Shown in pieces: positions 55,488-64,000 of a stretch of DNA of 64,000 nucleotides. The notes under the pieces were generated by a model that was not told the origin of the DNA, did no database searches, and worked only from the letters and a program-made list of their open reading frames with translations. Origin of the DNA: an uncultured Acidobacteriota bacterium (GTDB lineage Bacteria > Acidobacteriota > Thermoanaerobaculia > UBA5066 > Gp7-AA6). The position numbers were made by a program, and so were the translations under genes. Position 1 is the stretch's first letter. Every line of letters begins with the position of its first letter. Location: NCBI GenBank assembly GCA_963815655.1, contig CAWFHK010000001.1, positions 1,697,201 to 1,761,200 of the forward strand, in the 5' to 3' direction.

Positions 55488-58292
55488 CTACCGAACCGGC
55501 TTCCCCTCCGCGTCCAGGAGGACGATCTCGCCCAGACCGAGATCCCTCAGGCCCGGCTCGATCTTCGCGCGGTCGCCGACAAGGAGGATCGACGCCTTCT
55601 CGGGTCGGGCGTACTTGACCGCCGCCGCGCCGGCCGCCTCGAGCGTGACCTTGCTCGCCTCGTCGTAGTCCCGCTGGAGCTCCGTCATCGGCAACCCCTC
55701 GGTCCACAGGTCCGCGATCTGCCCGGCGATGCGCGAGAACGCCTCGAACTGCTGCGCGTATCCGCGAATGATTCTGGCCTTCTGGGCCTCGAACTCCTCG
55801 GGGGTGATCGGCCTCGGACCCGCGATCGCCTTCAGCTCCTTGTCAAACTCGGCGACCGATTCCTTCGTCTTGTTGGTCTGGACGCCTCCGGTGGCGAGCC
55901 ATTCGCCCGCTTCGCGGAAGAGGACGAGCGCGGAGAAGACCCCGTAGGAGTACCCCTTGTCCTCCCGCAGGTTCATGTCGAGGCGCGAGCTGGCGCTTCC
56001 GCCCCAGACGCCGTCGGCGAGCTCGAGAGCGAAGTAGTCGGGCGAGTCCCTTCGCGGCGCCGGAAGCAACTGCGAGACGACGGTCTGCGCGGCGTCCTGG
56101 CGATCGACCAGATAGATCCGGCCCGCCGGCGCGGGAGAGGGGGGCGGGATCACGACCGCTTCCGGCGCTCCTCCCGTCCACCCGCCGAAGGCCTTGCGGG
56201 CCAGCGCCTCGGCCTCCGCGAGCGTGACGTCGCCGACGAAGACGATCGCCGACCCGCCCGGCTTCCATCGCGCTTGCCGGAAGGCGACGAGGTCTTCGCG
56301 GCGGATCGCCTGGACGCTGTCGGGCAGCCCCCGCGCCGGGCGCCCGTACGGATGCTCGCGGCCGAAGACGAGCATCGGCCGGATGCGCCGGGCGAGCCCG
56401 GTGCCGTCGCGGGATTCCTGCTCGAGATCGTCCGAGCGGCGCTTCTTCTCGCGCGCCACTTCGGACTCGGGGAACGTCGGGTTCAGGACGACGTCGGCCA
56501 GGATGCCGAGGCCCGCGTCGAGATGGCGCCGCAGGATCTCGAACCCGATCCGCGCGCTCTCGCGCTGCGCCTCCGCCTGGAGCGTCGCCCCCAGGTCGCC
56601 CAGGGCCGTTTCGATGTCGAGCGCCTTGCGCGTCTTCGTCCCGAGCCGCATCGTCTCGGCCGTCAGCGACGCCGTGCCCTCCTTGCCGGGCGGGTCGGAG
56701 ACGGAGCCGGCCCGCGTCACCAGGGTCACGGCCACCTTCGGCAGCTCGCGCCTCTCGACGACGAAGACCTCGAGCCCGTTGGCGAGCCTGCCCGAGAGCA
56801 CCTGCGGCGCATGGAACGGCGTGTCCGCCCCGAGCGGCGGCTCCTTCGAGCGGTCGAGCGCGGTCTCGTCGGCGCGGCCCGACTTCTCCGGATGGAATCG
56901 GACGATCAGGCGGTCGTTCGTGTCGAGCCATCGCTCCACCGCCTTCCGGACGTCCTGCGTCGTGGCCTTCTTGTAGCGGGCCTGGTCGAACTCGAACTTG
57001 CCGGGGTCGCCGAGGAACGTGTTGTAGCTGTTCAGGAGATCGGCCTTCCCTCCGAAGCCGCCGATCCGCTCGAGGCCGGAGACGAAGTTGTACTCCCACT
57101 TGGTCTGGGCGCGCGCGAGCTCCGCGGCCGTGGGCCCCTGCCTCCCGAGCCTCGCGATCTCCGCGGTCACGATCTTCTCGATCTCGACCAGCGAAGCGCC
57201 CGGGCGCGCCGTGGCCACGACGGCGTAGAAGCTGGAGATCTCCATCGACTGCTGGAAGGCGTTGACGTCGGTGCAGAGCTGCTTCTCGTAGACGAGGACC
57301 TTCTGGAGGCGCGACGCGAGGCCGTCGGTCAGGATGAGCGAGGTCAGGTCGAGCTCCGCGTCCCCGGGCGCGTAGAACGGGGCCGAAGGCCAGACCATGT
57401 AGACGCGCTCCTGCGGGACGCGGTCGGTCGCCTCCACGACCTTCTCCCCCGACAGGGCCGGGATGAAGAGGCCGGGCCGGTCGAGCGGCGGGCCGGCGGG
57501 GATGTTCCCGAAGTATTTCCGGACGAGCTCCTTCGCGGCAGCGGGGTCGAAGTCTCCCGCGATCACGAGGGAGAGGTTGTTGGGCGTGTAGTAGGTCCGG
57601 AAGAAGTCCTGCACGTCCTCGAGCGAGGCCGCGGTCAGGTCCTCGTGGCTGCCGATGACCGGCCACGAGTACGGATGCCCGGCCGGAAAGAGGTTCTCGA
57701 CGATGAGCTTGAAGGCCCGGCCGTACGGCCGGTTCTCCAGCCCCTGCCGCCGCTCGTTCTTGACCACGGCCCGCTGGGCGTCGAGGTTCTGCTGCGTCAG
57801 GTAATCGCCGAGCGTCGCGAGCCGGTCCGATTCGAGCCAGAGCACGTACTCGAGGCTGCCGGAAGGCACGGTGATGAAGTAGTTGGTCCGGTCGTTGTTG
57901 GTCGTGCCGTTGACGCCGCCCTCGAAGAGGTTCGCCCCGGCCCGCTCGGCGCGGCCGAAGTACTTGCCGGGCGCGTCCTTCGAGCCTTCGAACATCTCGT
58001 GCTCGAAGAGATGGGCAAACCCCGTCCTCCCCGGCTTCTCGTTCTTCGAACCGACGTGGAACCACTCGTTGACGTGCACGATCGGCAGCTTGCGGTCCAC
58101 GTGGAGAATGACCTGGAGGCCGTTGCCGAGCACGAACTTCTCGAAGGGAACCGTCGGCGCCGCGGCGCCGCCCCGCGCCGGGGCCGCTTTCGATTTCGGA
58201 ACGGCCTTTTGCGGCGCCGGCGTCTGGCCGGCAGCCGCCAGCGCGCAGGCCAGGAAGGTCAGAACGGCGGCGCGAGAAATTCGCTGGATCAT
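55488..58292 (-). CDS. M16-family (pitrilysin/insulinase-like) zinc peptidase, double-length fused form
   Basis: 934 aa; signal peptide, HLFEHEMFEGS (HxxEH) in the first half. The second M16-like half lacks the motif. Confidence 0.9.
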   Translation of the reverse strand: MIQRISRAAVLTFLACALAAAGQTPAPQKAVPKSKAAPARGGAAAPTVPFEKFVLGNGLQVILHVDRKLPIVHVNEWFHVGSKNEKPGRTGFAHLFEHEMFEGSKDAPGKYFGRAERAGANLFEGGVNGTTNNDRTNYFITVPSGSLEYVLWLESDRLATLGDYLTQQNLDAQRAVVKNERRQGLENRPYGRAFKLIVENLFPAGHPYSWPVIGSHEDLTAASLEDVQDFFRTYYTPNNLSLVIAGDFDPAAAKELVRKYFGNIPAGPPLDRPGLFIPALSGEKVVEATDRVPQERVYMVWPSAPFYAPGDAELDLTSLILTDGLASRLQKVLVYEKQLCTDVNAFQQSMEISSFYAVVATARPGASLVEIEKIVTAEIARLGRQGPTAAELARAQTKWEYNFVSGLERIGGFGGKADLLNSYNTFLGDPGKFEFDQARYKKATTQDVRKAVERWLDTNDRLIVRFHPEKSGRADETALDRSKEPPLGADTPFHAPQVLSGRLANGLEVFVVERRELPKVAVTLVTRAGSVSDPPGKEGTASLTAETMRLGTKTRKALDIETALGDLGATLQAEAQRESARIGFEILRRHLDAGLGILADVVLNPTFPESEVAREKKRRSDDLEQESRDGTGLARRIRPMLVFGREHPYGRPARGLPDSVQAIRREDLVAFRQARWKPGGSAIVFVGDVTLAEAEALARKAFGGWTGGAPEAVVIPPPSPAPAGRIYLVDRQDAAQTVVSQLLPAPRRDSPDYFALELADGVWGGSASSRLDMNLREDKGYSYGVFSALVLFREAGEWLATGGVQTNKTKESVAEFDKELKAIAGPRPITPEEFEAQKARIIRGYAQQFEAFSRIAGQIADLWTEGLPMTELQRDYDEASKVTLEAAGAAAVKYARPEKASILLVGDRAKIEPGLRDLGLGEIVLLDAEGKPVR

Positions 58293-58366
58293 GGCTCCCC
58301 CTTTCCGCGGCCCTGGCGGCTAGTACGGTCCGCCGGCCCGGAGGTTTCGAGGGCTAAGATACCCTC

Positions 58367-59322
58367 GTGATCCTCGAAACGGCGCGGCGGGTCCTCCAGA
58401 TCGAGTCGGACTCCATCCGCGAACAGATCGGGAACCTGGGCCCCTCTTTCGTCCGTGCCGTCGAGGAGATCGCGTCCTCGAGCGGCCGCCTTTGCGTCAC
58501 GGGCCTCGGAAAGTCGGGGCTCGTGGGGCAGAAGATCGCCGCGACCCTGGCCTCGACCGGAACGCCGGCCTACTTCCTCCACGCCGCGGAAGCCTCCCAC
58601 GGAGACCTCGGGATGCTCGCGGCCGGGGACGTCGTGCTCGCCCTCTCCGCCTCCGGCGAATCCCCGGAGCTCCTGCGGCTGCTCGAGTTCGCGCGGGCCC
58701 GGTCGCTCCGGACGATCGCCATGACGGGCGCCCCGGACTCCTCCGTCGCGCGGGCGGCGGATCTCGCGATCTCCGTCTCCATCTCGCGCGAGGCCTGCCC
58801 GCTGAACCTCGCTCCGACCGCTTCGACGACCGCCCTCCTCGCCGTCGGCGACGCGCTCGCGATGGCGCTCTCGGAAAAGCGGGGCTTCAAGGAGGAGGAC
58901 TTCGCCGCCCTCCATCCGGGGGGGAGCTCGGAAAGAGGTTCCTGAAAGTCCGGGACCTCATGCGCACGGGAGAGCGGGTCCCCCGGGTCTCCCGCGACAC
59001 GCCCATGACCGAGACGATCCACGAGATGTCGCGCAAGATGATGGGCGTCACGTCGGTCGTCAACGGTTCGGGGAGCCTCGCCGGCGTCATCTCCGACGGA
59101 GACCTGCGCCGCCTCGTGGAAAAGGACCCGAAGCTCCTCTCGCGCTCCGCCGGAGACTGCCTCCACGCCAAACCGCGCACGATCGGCGCCGAGGAGCTCG
59201 CATCGGTCGCGCTCGCCCGCATGGAGGAGTGGAAGATCACTTCCCTCTTCATCCTGGACGGAAACGGCCGCCTCTCCGGCGCCCTCCACATGCACGACCT
59301 CTTGTCCGCCGGAATCCGGTGA
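58367..59322 (+). CDS. kdsD: Arabinose-5-phosphate isomerase (KdsD/KpsF: SIS plus 2 CBS), disrupted by a -1 frameshift in a G7 run at 58918-58924
   Basis: Frame 1 (58367-58945) gives the SIS domain: VTGLGKSGLVGQKIAATLASTG...FAALHPGG then SSERGS*. Frame 3 continues GGELGKRFLKVRDLM plus the CBS pair to 59322. One extra G would restore HPGGELGK. Confidence 0.85.
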
Positions 59323-59325
59323 AAG

Positions 59326-59421
59326 GAATCGGGTGATCTGCGATCGGGTGATCGAGCGATCGACCGGGGCCGCAATCGTCCGCGGTTCAATCACCCGATC
59401 ACCCGTTCACCCGATCACCCG
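59326..59421. repeat. Inverted micro-array hairpin (GATCACCC family) between kdsD and kdsC, abutting the kdsC ATG
   Basis: gaatcgggtgatctgcgatcgggtgatcgagcgatcg ... caatcacccgatcacccgttcacccgatcacccg. Confidence 0.9.
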
Positions 59422-59892
59422 ATGATCAAGGCCTTGTTCTTCGACGTGGACGGCGTCCTGACGGACGGGCGGATCTACCTGCTCGGCGACGGGCAGGAAT
59501 TCAAGGTCTTCGACACGAAGGACGGACACGGGACGCGCAAGGCCATCGCCGCCGGCCTGAAAGTCGCCTGGATCTCGGGCCGCACGTCGCCGGCGACGGC
59601 CCGGCGAGCGAAGGATCTCGGCGTGCACGCGTGCCTGCAGGGCGTTCGCGAAAAGCTCCCGCGGTACGAGGCGCTCTGCCGCCGTTGGAAAGTGACCCCG
59701 GCCGAGACGGCGGCGATCGGCGACGACGAGCCGGACGCCGCGATGCTCCAGGCCGCCGGCTTCTCGGCCTGCCCCGCCGATGCCACGCCCGCGGCGCGCC
59801 GCGCCGCGAAGACCGTCCTGAAGAACCCCGGCGGCCGGGGCGCCGCGCGCGAATTCATCGAGATGGTGCTCGCCCGCAACCGAAAACGATAA
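59422..59892 (+). CDS. kdsC: KDO-8-phosphate phosphatase (HAD-IIIA, YrbI family)
   Basis: 156 aa; FFDVDGVLTDG, KDGHG, GDDEPD motifs; follows kdsD. Confidence 0.88.
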   Translation: MIKALFFDVDGVLTDGRIYLLGDGQEFKVFDTKDGHGTRKAIAAGLKVAWISGRTSPATARRAKDLGVHACLQGVREKLPRYEALCRRWKVTPAETAAIGDDEPDAAMLQAAGFSACPADATPAARRAAKTVLKNPGGRGAAREFIEMVLARNRKR

Positions 59893-59897
59893 GAGGG

Positions 59898-59970
59898 GTT
59901 TCAGGTTTCAAGTTTCAGGTTCCAGGAAGCCATGTCTCTTCTTGAAACCTGAAACCTGAAACTTGAAACT
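59898..59970. terminator. Inverted heptamer micro-array hairpin (GTTTCAG family) between convergent kdsC and tatC; putative bidirectional terminator
   Basis: gtttcaggtttcaagtttcaggttccagg aagccatgtctctt cttgaaacctgaaacctgaaacttgaaact. Confidence 0.5.
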
Positions 59971-59982
59971 TCGAGAGCGCCG

Positions 59983-60759
59983 TCAGGCGGTCTCTCGTTT
60001 CTTGAACATCCAGGCGACGGCGATCCCCAGGAGGTAGAGGAGGATCATCGGGACGGCGAAGACGCACTGCGTCGCGACGTCGGGCGTGGGCGTGATGATC
60101 GCCGCGATGATGAAGATGACGAGGACCGCGTACTTGAACTTCGAGAGAAGCCAGCGCTCCGAGACGACCCCCATCCGGGCGAGGAAGAAGATCAGGATCG
60201 GCATCTCGAAGCAGAGGCCCAGGCCCAGGATGATCTTGATCGCCGTCCCCAGGTACTCGTTGATGGTGATGACGGCGTTGAAGTTCTTTCCGACTCCCAC
60301 CAGGAACCCCACGACAAGGGGAAACGCCTCGAAGTAGCCGAACGCGCACCCTCCCAGGAAGAAGAACACGCCGGCCAGGATGAACGGCAGGACATACCGT
60401 TTCTCGCGCCGGTAGAGCGCCGGGGCGACGAAGAGCCAGAACTGCCAGAGAATGACCGGCGATGCCGCGATGAGACCGGCGAAGAGCGCGACCCGGAAGT
60501 ACATGAGGAACGGCTCGGTGAGCGTCGTGTACGAGAGGTTCTGGCCCGGCGGGAGCACGCGGCGCACCGGGAGCGCCAGGATCTCGAAGATCTGCGGCGC
60601 CCAGTTCCAGCAGACGAGGAACGCGACGAAGATCGCGACGAGGCAGACGATGAGGCGCTTGCGGAATTCCTCGAGGTGGTCGAAGAACCCCATCCGCGGG
60701 AGCTCTTCCTCGCCTTCCGGGGGCGGCGGAGAGGGACTGCCGGGAAGGAACCGGCTCAA
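59983..60759 (-). CDS. tatC: Twin-arginine translocase subunit TatC
   Basis: 258 aa; six hydrophobic segments; MGFFDHLEEFRKRLI N-terminal motif. Confidence 0.92.
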   Translation of the reverse strand: MSRFLPGSPSPPPPEGEEELPRMGFFDHLEEFRKRLIVCLVAIFVAFLVCWNWAPQIFEILALPVRRVLPPGQNLSYTTLTEPFLMYFRVALFAGLIAASPVILWQFWLFVAPALYRREKRYVLPFILAGVFFFLGGCAFGYFEAFPLVVGFLVGVGKNFNAVITINEYLGTAIKIILGLGLCFEMPILIFFLARMGVVSERWLLSKFKYAVLVIFIIAAIITPTPDVATQCVFAVPMILLYLLGIAVAWMFKKRETA

Positions 60760-61112
60760 GAGGGTTCGATGGGCCGGGCGTCCAGAGGCTTCTCGGCCTG
60801 TCCGGCCCCCGGCGCGCCCGGCGGGGCGTCCACGGCGGCGGGCGGGGCCGCGGAGGTCTCCACCGGGGCCGCGGAGCTCGCCGCGCCGGCCGAAACAACT
60901 CCGGTCACCTGCTCCCGCACGGAGGCGACTTCCTGCTTGCCCTGCTCGATCTCCTGCTCGATCGTTCGCTTCAGATCGTCGGACGCCCTCTTGAATTCCG
61001 CCAGGCCCTTCCCGATCGACTTTCCGATATCGGGCAGCTTCTTCGGCCCGAAAACGAGGAGAGCCACGATAAAAATCAGGACCAATTCGGGCATTCCGAT
61101 CGAGCCAAACAT
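60756..61112 (-). CDS. tatA: Twin-arginine translocase TatA/B-family protein
   Basis: 118 aa; MFGSIGMPELVLIFIVALLVFGPKKLPDIGKSIGKG; ATGA-type overlap with tatC. Confidence 0.9.
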   Translation of the reverse strand: MFGSIGMPELVLIFIVALLVFGPKKLPDIGKSIGKGLAEFKRASDDLKRTIEQEIEQGKQEVASVREQVTGVVSAGAASSAAPVETSAAPPAAVDAPPGAPGAGQAEKPLDARPIEPS

Positions 61113-61229
61113 GTTTCCCCCGGTGGTGATTCTATCTCCTGGCTCTCACGCGCGGACCGGGAGACCGGCAGACCGAGCTTTCGCTCCGGTCCATCGGCAT
61201 GTCAGAATGCGACGCAGAGGAGGATTTCC

Positions 61230-62846
61230 TTGAGCCAACCACGTTCCCGCATTCTCCTGGCGCTCTGTCTCGTCGTGGCCGCGACCCTGGTCGGCGGCGC
61301 TCTGGGCGAGAAGCTCCCGGCGGGGGCGGACCGCGACACCCCGCCGCTCGACGAGTACGCCGACATCCTGACGACGATCTCCGACTGGGCGCCCGAGCCG
61401 GTCTCGGCCGACAAGTTCGTCTATGCCTCGATCCACGGGATGCTCTCCCGCCTCGATCCGCACACGGCCTTTCTCGAGCCGGACGACTACGCCGCGATGC
61501 GGGAGAAGCAGCAGGGCTCCTTCTTCGGCCTCGGGATCCAGATCCAGAAGAGGATGGGGAAGATCACGGTGATCGCGCCGATGGAGGGCACGCCCGCCTT
61601 CAAGCTCGGCATCCGCGCCGGCGACATCATCACGCACATCGAGGACGAGGAGCTGAAGGAGGACGTCTCGACCGACGAGGTCGTCCGCAAGCTCCGGGGG
61701 CCCAAGGGGACGCAGGTCACGATCACGATCCGCCGGGCGGGCATCGACGAGCCGATCCGGATGACGATCACGCGCGCCGAGATCCCGACGCGCGCGGTCC
61801 CCTACGCCTTCATGATCACCCCCGACACCGGCTACATCTTCCTGAGGGACTTCACGCACACCTCCAGCCGCGAGCTCGCCAGCGCCATCGAGAACCTGGA
61901 GAAACAGGGGATGCAGAAGCTGATGCTCGACCTGCGCGGCAATCCCGGCGGCGTGCTCGACCAGGCCGTGGACATCAGCGACATCTTCCTGGAGAAGGGG
62001 GCCAAGGTCGTCTACACCCGCGGCCGCACGGCTTCCTCGGCCCAGGACTTCTTCGCGCCCGGCGAGGGGCCGCGTTTCGACAAGCCCCTCGTCGTTCTCG
62101 TCAACCGCGGCTCCGCCTCCGCCTCGGAAATCGTGGCGGGCGCCATCCAGGACCACGACAGGGGACTCATCGTCGGCCAGCGCACGTGGGGCAAGGGACT
62201 CGTGCAGAGCGTCTACACGCTGCCGTACGGCGCCGGCCTGGCGCTGACGACCGCGCGGTATTACACCCCCTCGGGGCGCTGGATCCAGCGGGACTACAGC
62301 GACCTGCTCGCCTACGTGAACCCCGAAGACACCGACGCGACGCCGGAGAAGCCGGGCGAGGAGTCCAAGAGCGCCGGCCAGCCGTTCTACACCGACGCCG
62401 GCCGGATCGTGTTCGCCGCCGGCGGGATCACGCCGGACTTCCCGGTCAAGAACAGCTTCGATTCCAAGGTCGTCACCCAGCTTCTGGCGCGGAACATGTT
62501 CTTCAACTTCGCGGTCCAGTGGCTCCCGAAGCATCCGGAGGTCAAGCAGGACATCGAGATCACGCCCGCCCTGCGCCAGGAGTTCTTCCAGTTCGTCGAG
62601 GCTTCCAAGTTCTCGACGGCCGACGAGCTCGCGAGGCAGTGGAGCGAGGAGACGAACAAGAACCTCCTCGACTACGCGATGCGGATCGATCTCGCCAACG
62701 TGCGCTCGGGGCTGGAGTCCGGCTGGAAGGTGCGCGCGTCCGGCGACATGCAGGTCCAGAAGGGTCTGACGCTCTTCCCCGAGGCGGCCCGCATCGCCGC
62801 TCTTCCGAAGAAGCCCAACCCGGCCCACGCCGCGAAGACGCTCTGA
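61230..62846 (+). CDS. Carboxy-terminal processing protease (S41A, PDZ-containing)
   Basis: 538 aa; TTG start preceded by gaggagga 5 nt upstream. PDZ FFGLGIQIQKRMGKITVIAPMEGTPA. Catalytic VLVNRGSASASEIVAGA. Confidence 0.88.
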   Translation: MSQPRSRILLALCLVVAATLVGGALGEKLPAGADRDTPPLDEYADILTTISDWAPEPVSADKFVYASIHGMLSRLDPHTAFLEPDDYAAMREKQQGSFFGLGIQIQKRMGKITVIAPMEGTPAFKLGIRAGDIITHIEDEELKEDVSTDEVVRKLRGPKGTQVTITIRRAGIDEPIRMTITRAEIPTRAVPYAFMITPDTGYIFLRDFTHTSSRELASAIENLEKQGMQKLMLDLRGNPGGVLDQAVDISDIFLEKGAKVVYTRGRTASSAQDFFAPGEGPRFDKPLVVLVNRGSASASEIVAGAIQDHDRGLIVGQRTWGKGLVQSVYTLPYGAGLALTTARYYTPSGRWIQRDYSDLLAYVNPEDTDATPEKPGEESKSAGQPFYTDAGRIVFAAGGITPDFPVKNSFDSKVVTQLLARNMFFNFAVQWLPKHPEVKQDIEITPALRQEFFQFVEASKFSTADELARQWSEETNKNLLDYAMRIDLANVRSGLESGWKVRASGDMQVQKGLTLFPEAARIAALPKKPNPAHAAKTL

Positions 62847-62867
62847 GCCGGGCTTCGCTCCTCCTCC

Positions 62868-64000
62868 TTACGGTCCGGTGTTGTTGAAGACGACGAACTT
62901 CCGGCGGCCGATCTCGCTGCGGAACGCGGGACGTCCCGTATCGGGGTCCGGGGTGTCCACGGCGTAGACAACGAGGTCGTGCTGCGAGTTGGAGAGGGTC
63001 GTGGTGTCGATTGAGAACCCCCATCCGACGAAGGCATCCGGCCCCGCCGTGAACGGCGTCGCCGGGACCCGATAGTCGTTGGCGGGGACGTCGGGCCGTG
63101 GGATGTACGGCGGGAAGATGCTCCCGACGACCTGCCCGTCGATGTCGATGTCGAGCCGGATGATCCCGTTGACGTACGGGGCCGCTCCGCCGTTGTCGTA
63201 GTCAAAGGCCCAGCCGGAGAAGCTCGCGTCCCCCTTGACGAACTGGAGATTGCTCGGGACGTCGATGTATCCGAAGGCCGGCTGGTCGGCGAACACGCCG
63301 GAGTCGCACAGCACGTCCACGGAGATCGCGCCGAACTGCGTGACGGTCTCCTTCTCGTCGCCGGCGCGCACCGCGATCGTGTGCTTGCCCGGGGTCGTGA
63401 ATCCCGCCAGCGCCGGGGCGCCTCCGAAGGGGCTGGGGACGATGATGTCCAGCAGCCCGTTGCCGGGATCCTGCAGCAGCGCGAAGAGGAAGAGGAATCC
63501 CGAGTTGTCCGCGTTGACGTAGCCGGGGAACGCGCGGGCCACGTCGGGGCGGTTGATCCCGTAGCAGTTGGCCAGGACCCTCCCCGTCTGGACGCAGTCG
63601 CGGCGCGTGTTGGCGATGATCTGGCCGTCGATCAGCAGCTCGACGTACGAGACCTGGCCCTGATCCAGGCGCGAGCCCACGTCGAGCGCCCACCCGGCGA
63701 CGACGTTCTTGTAGAAGGAGACGGGCACCGACAGCCCGGGGACCCCGGAAGGAAAGCAGGGCTCCGGACAGGAGCCCGCGTCCACGAAGGGAAAGTCATC
63801 CGGGGAGCAGAGGATCGAGGCCTTGTCCAGCGGGACGTCCAGGAACCCGAAGGGGGGGAGGTTCGAGCCGTTGTTGACGATCTGCACCGTGCGCGTGCCG
63901 AGCACGTTGGAGGAGCCCTCCCCGTCGAAGGCGCGGACGGAGATGACGTGCACGCCGTCCACGAATGCGGTCGTGTCGATGTTGGCCTGAAAACCGGAGT
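62868..64000 (-). CDS. Secreted repeat-domain protein, C-terminal 377 codons; the frame is open to the right edge
   Basis: Hand check shows no stop between 63962 and 64000. Two related modules begin GFLDVPLDKA.../GYIDVPSNLQ... and contain VAGWALD / FSGWAFD. No family recognised with certainty. Confidence 0.6.
   Translation of the reverse strand, partial: SGFQANIDTTAFVDGVHVISVRAFDGEGSSNVLGTRTVQIVNNGSNLPPFGFLDVPLDKASILCSPDDFPFVDAGSCPEPCFPSGVPGLSVPVSFYKNVVAGWALDVGSRLDQGQVSYVELLIDGQIIANTRRDCVQTGRVLANCYGINRPDVARAFPGYVNADNSGFLFLFALLQDPGNGLLDIIVPSPFGGAPALAGFTTPGKHTIAVRAGDEKETVTQFGAISVDVLCDSGVFADQPAFGYIDVPSNLQFVKGDASFSGWAFDYDNGGAAPYVNGIIRLDIDIDGQVVGSIFPPYIPRPDVPANDYRVPATPFTAGPDAFVGWGFSIDTTTLSNSQHDLVVYAVDTPDPDTGRPAFRSEIGRRKFVVFNNTGP

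Noticed and set aside
56274-58370. 698-aa plus-strand ORF and 740-aa minus alt-frame ORF (55843-58065)
   Set aside because: They overlap the M16 peptidase gene (HxxEH motif, signal peptide) and are low-complexity Arg/Gly/Glu translations.

Overview
A 64 kb, very GC-rich (roughly 70% by eye) chromosomal segment from a diderm bacterium. Diderm status follows from the KDO pathway, LolA-like, Tat and beta-barrel OMP genes. The lineage cannot be determined without a search.

Most of the window is housekeeping, and about 60 CDS are supportable. The main blocks are:
- yceD-rpmF-plsX-fabH-fabD-(beta-lactamase-like)-fabG-acpP-fabF operon
- etfB-etfA plus a membrane Fe-S oxidoreductase
- three GT4 glycosyltransferases plus a priming sugar transferase
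- MoxR-DUF58-transglutaminase triad
- manC-like, murB, pgpA, recA, purH, yajQ, ispB
- kdsB-pyrG-kdsA and kdsD-kdsC
- tatA-tatC and two S41 proteases
- an M16 peptidase
- a four-gene phosphorelay and an ECF sigma cluster

The left edge holds a partial type I R-M hsdM, a DUF5615 toxin-like gene with three tandem DUF433 genes, and tRNA-Gly(GCC). rpmF (57 aa) is missing from the ORF track.

The most unusual content is non-coding:
1. At least nine families of 7-8 nt micro-arrays sit at gene junctions, usually as inverted pairs (STRR-like hairpins). Two small genes sit exactly inside such inverted pairs.
2. A ~350 bp MITE-like element with terminal inverted repeats occurs three times.
3. Several REP-like hairpin families are present.
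4. A ~34% GC island carries a near-consensus promoter for a possibly leaderless TPR gene.

Four coding oddities stand out:
- An in-frame TGA at a Cys position of a DedA-rhodanese fusion (Sec candidate or nonsense).
- A G7 homopolymer frameshift in kdsD.
- A compensated double frameshift in hsdM.
- kdsA without a canonical start codon.

No CRISPR array, rRNA, transposase or phage genes were seen. All family assignments come from motif recognition by eye, not from searches.
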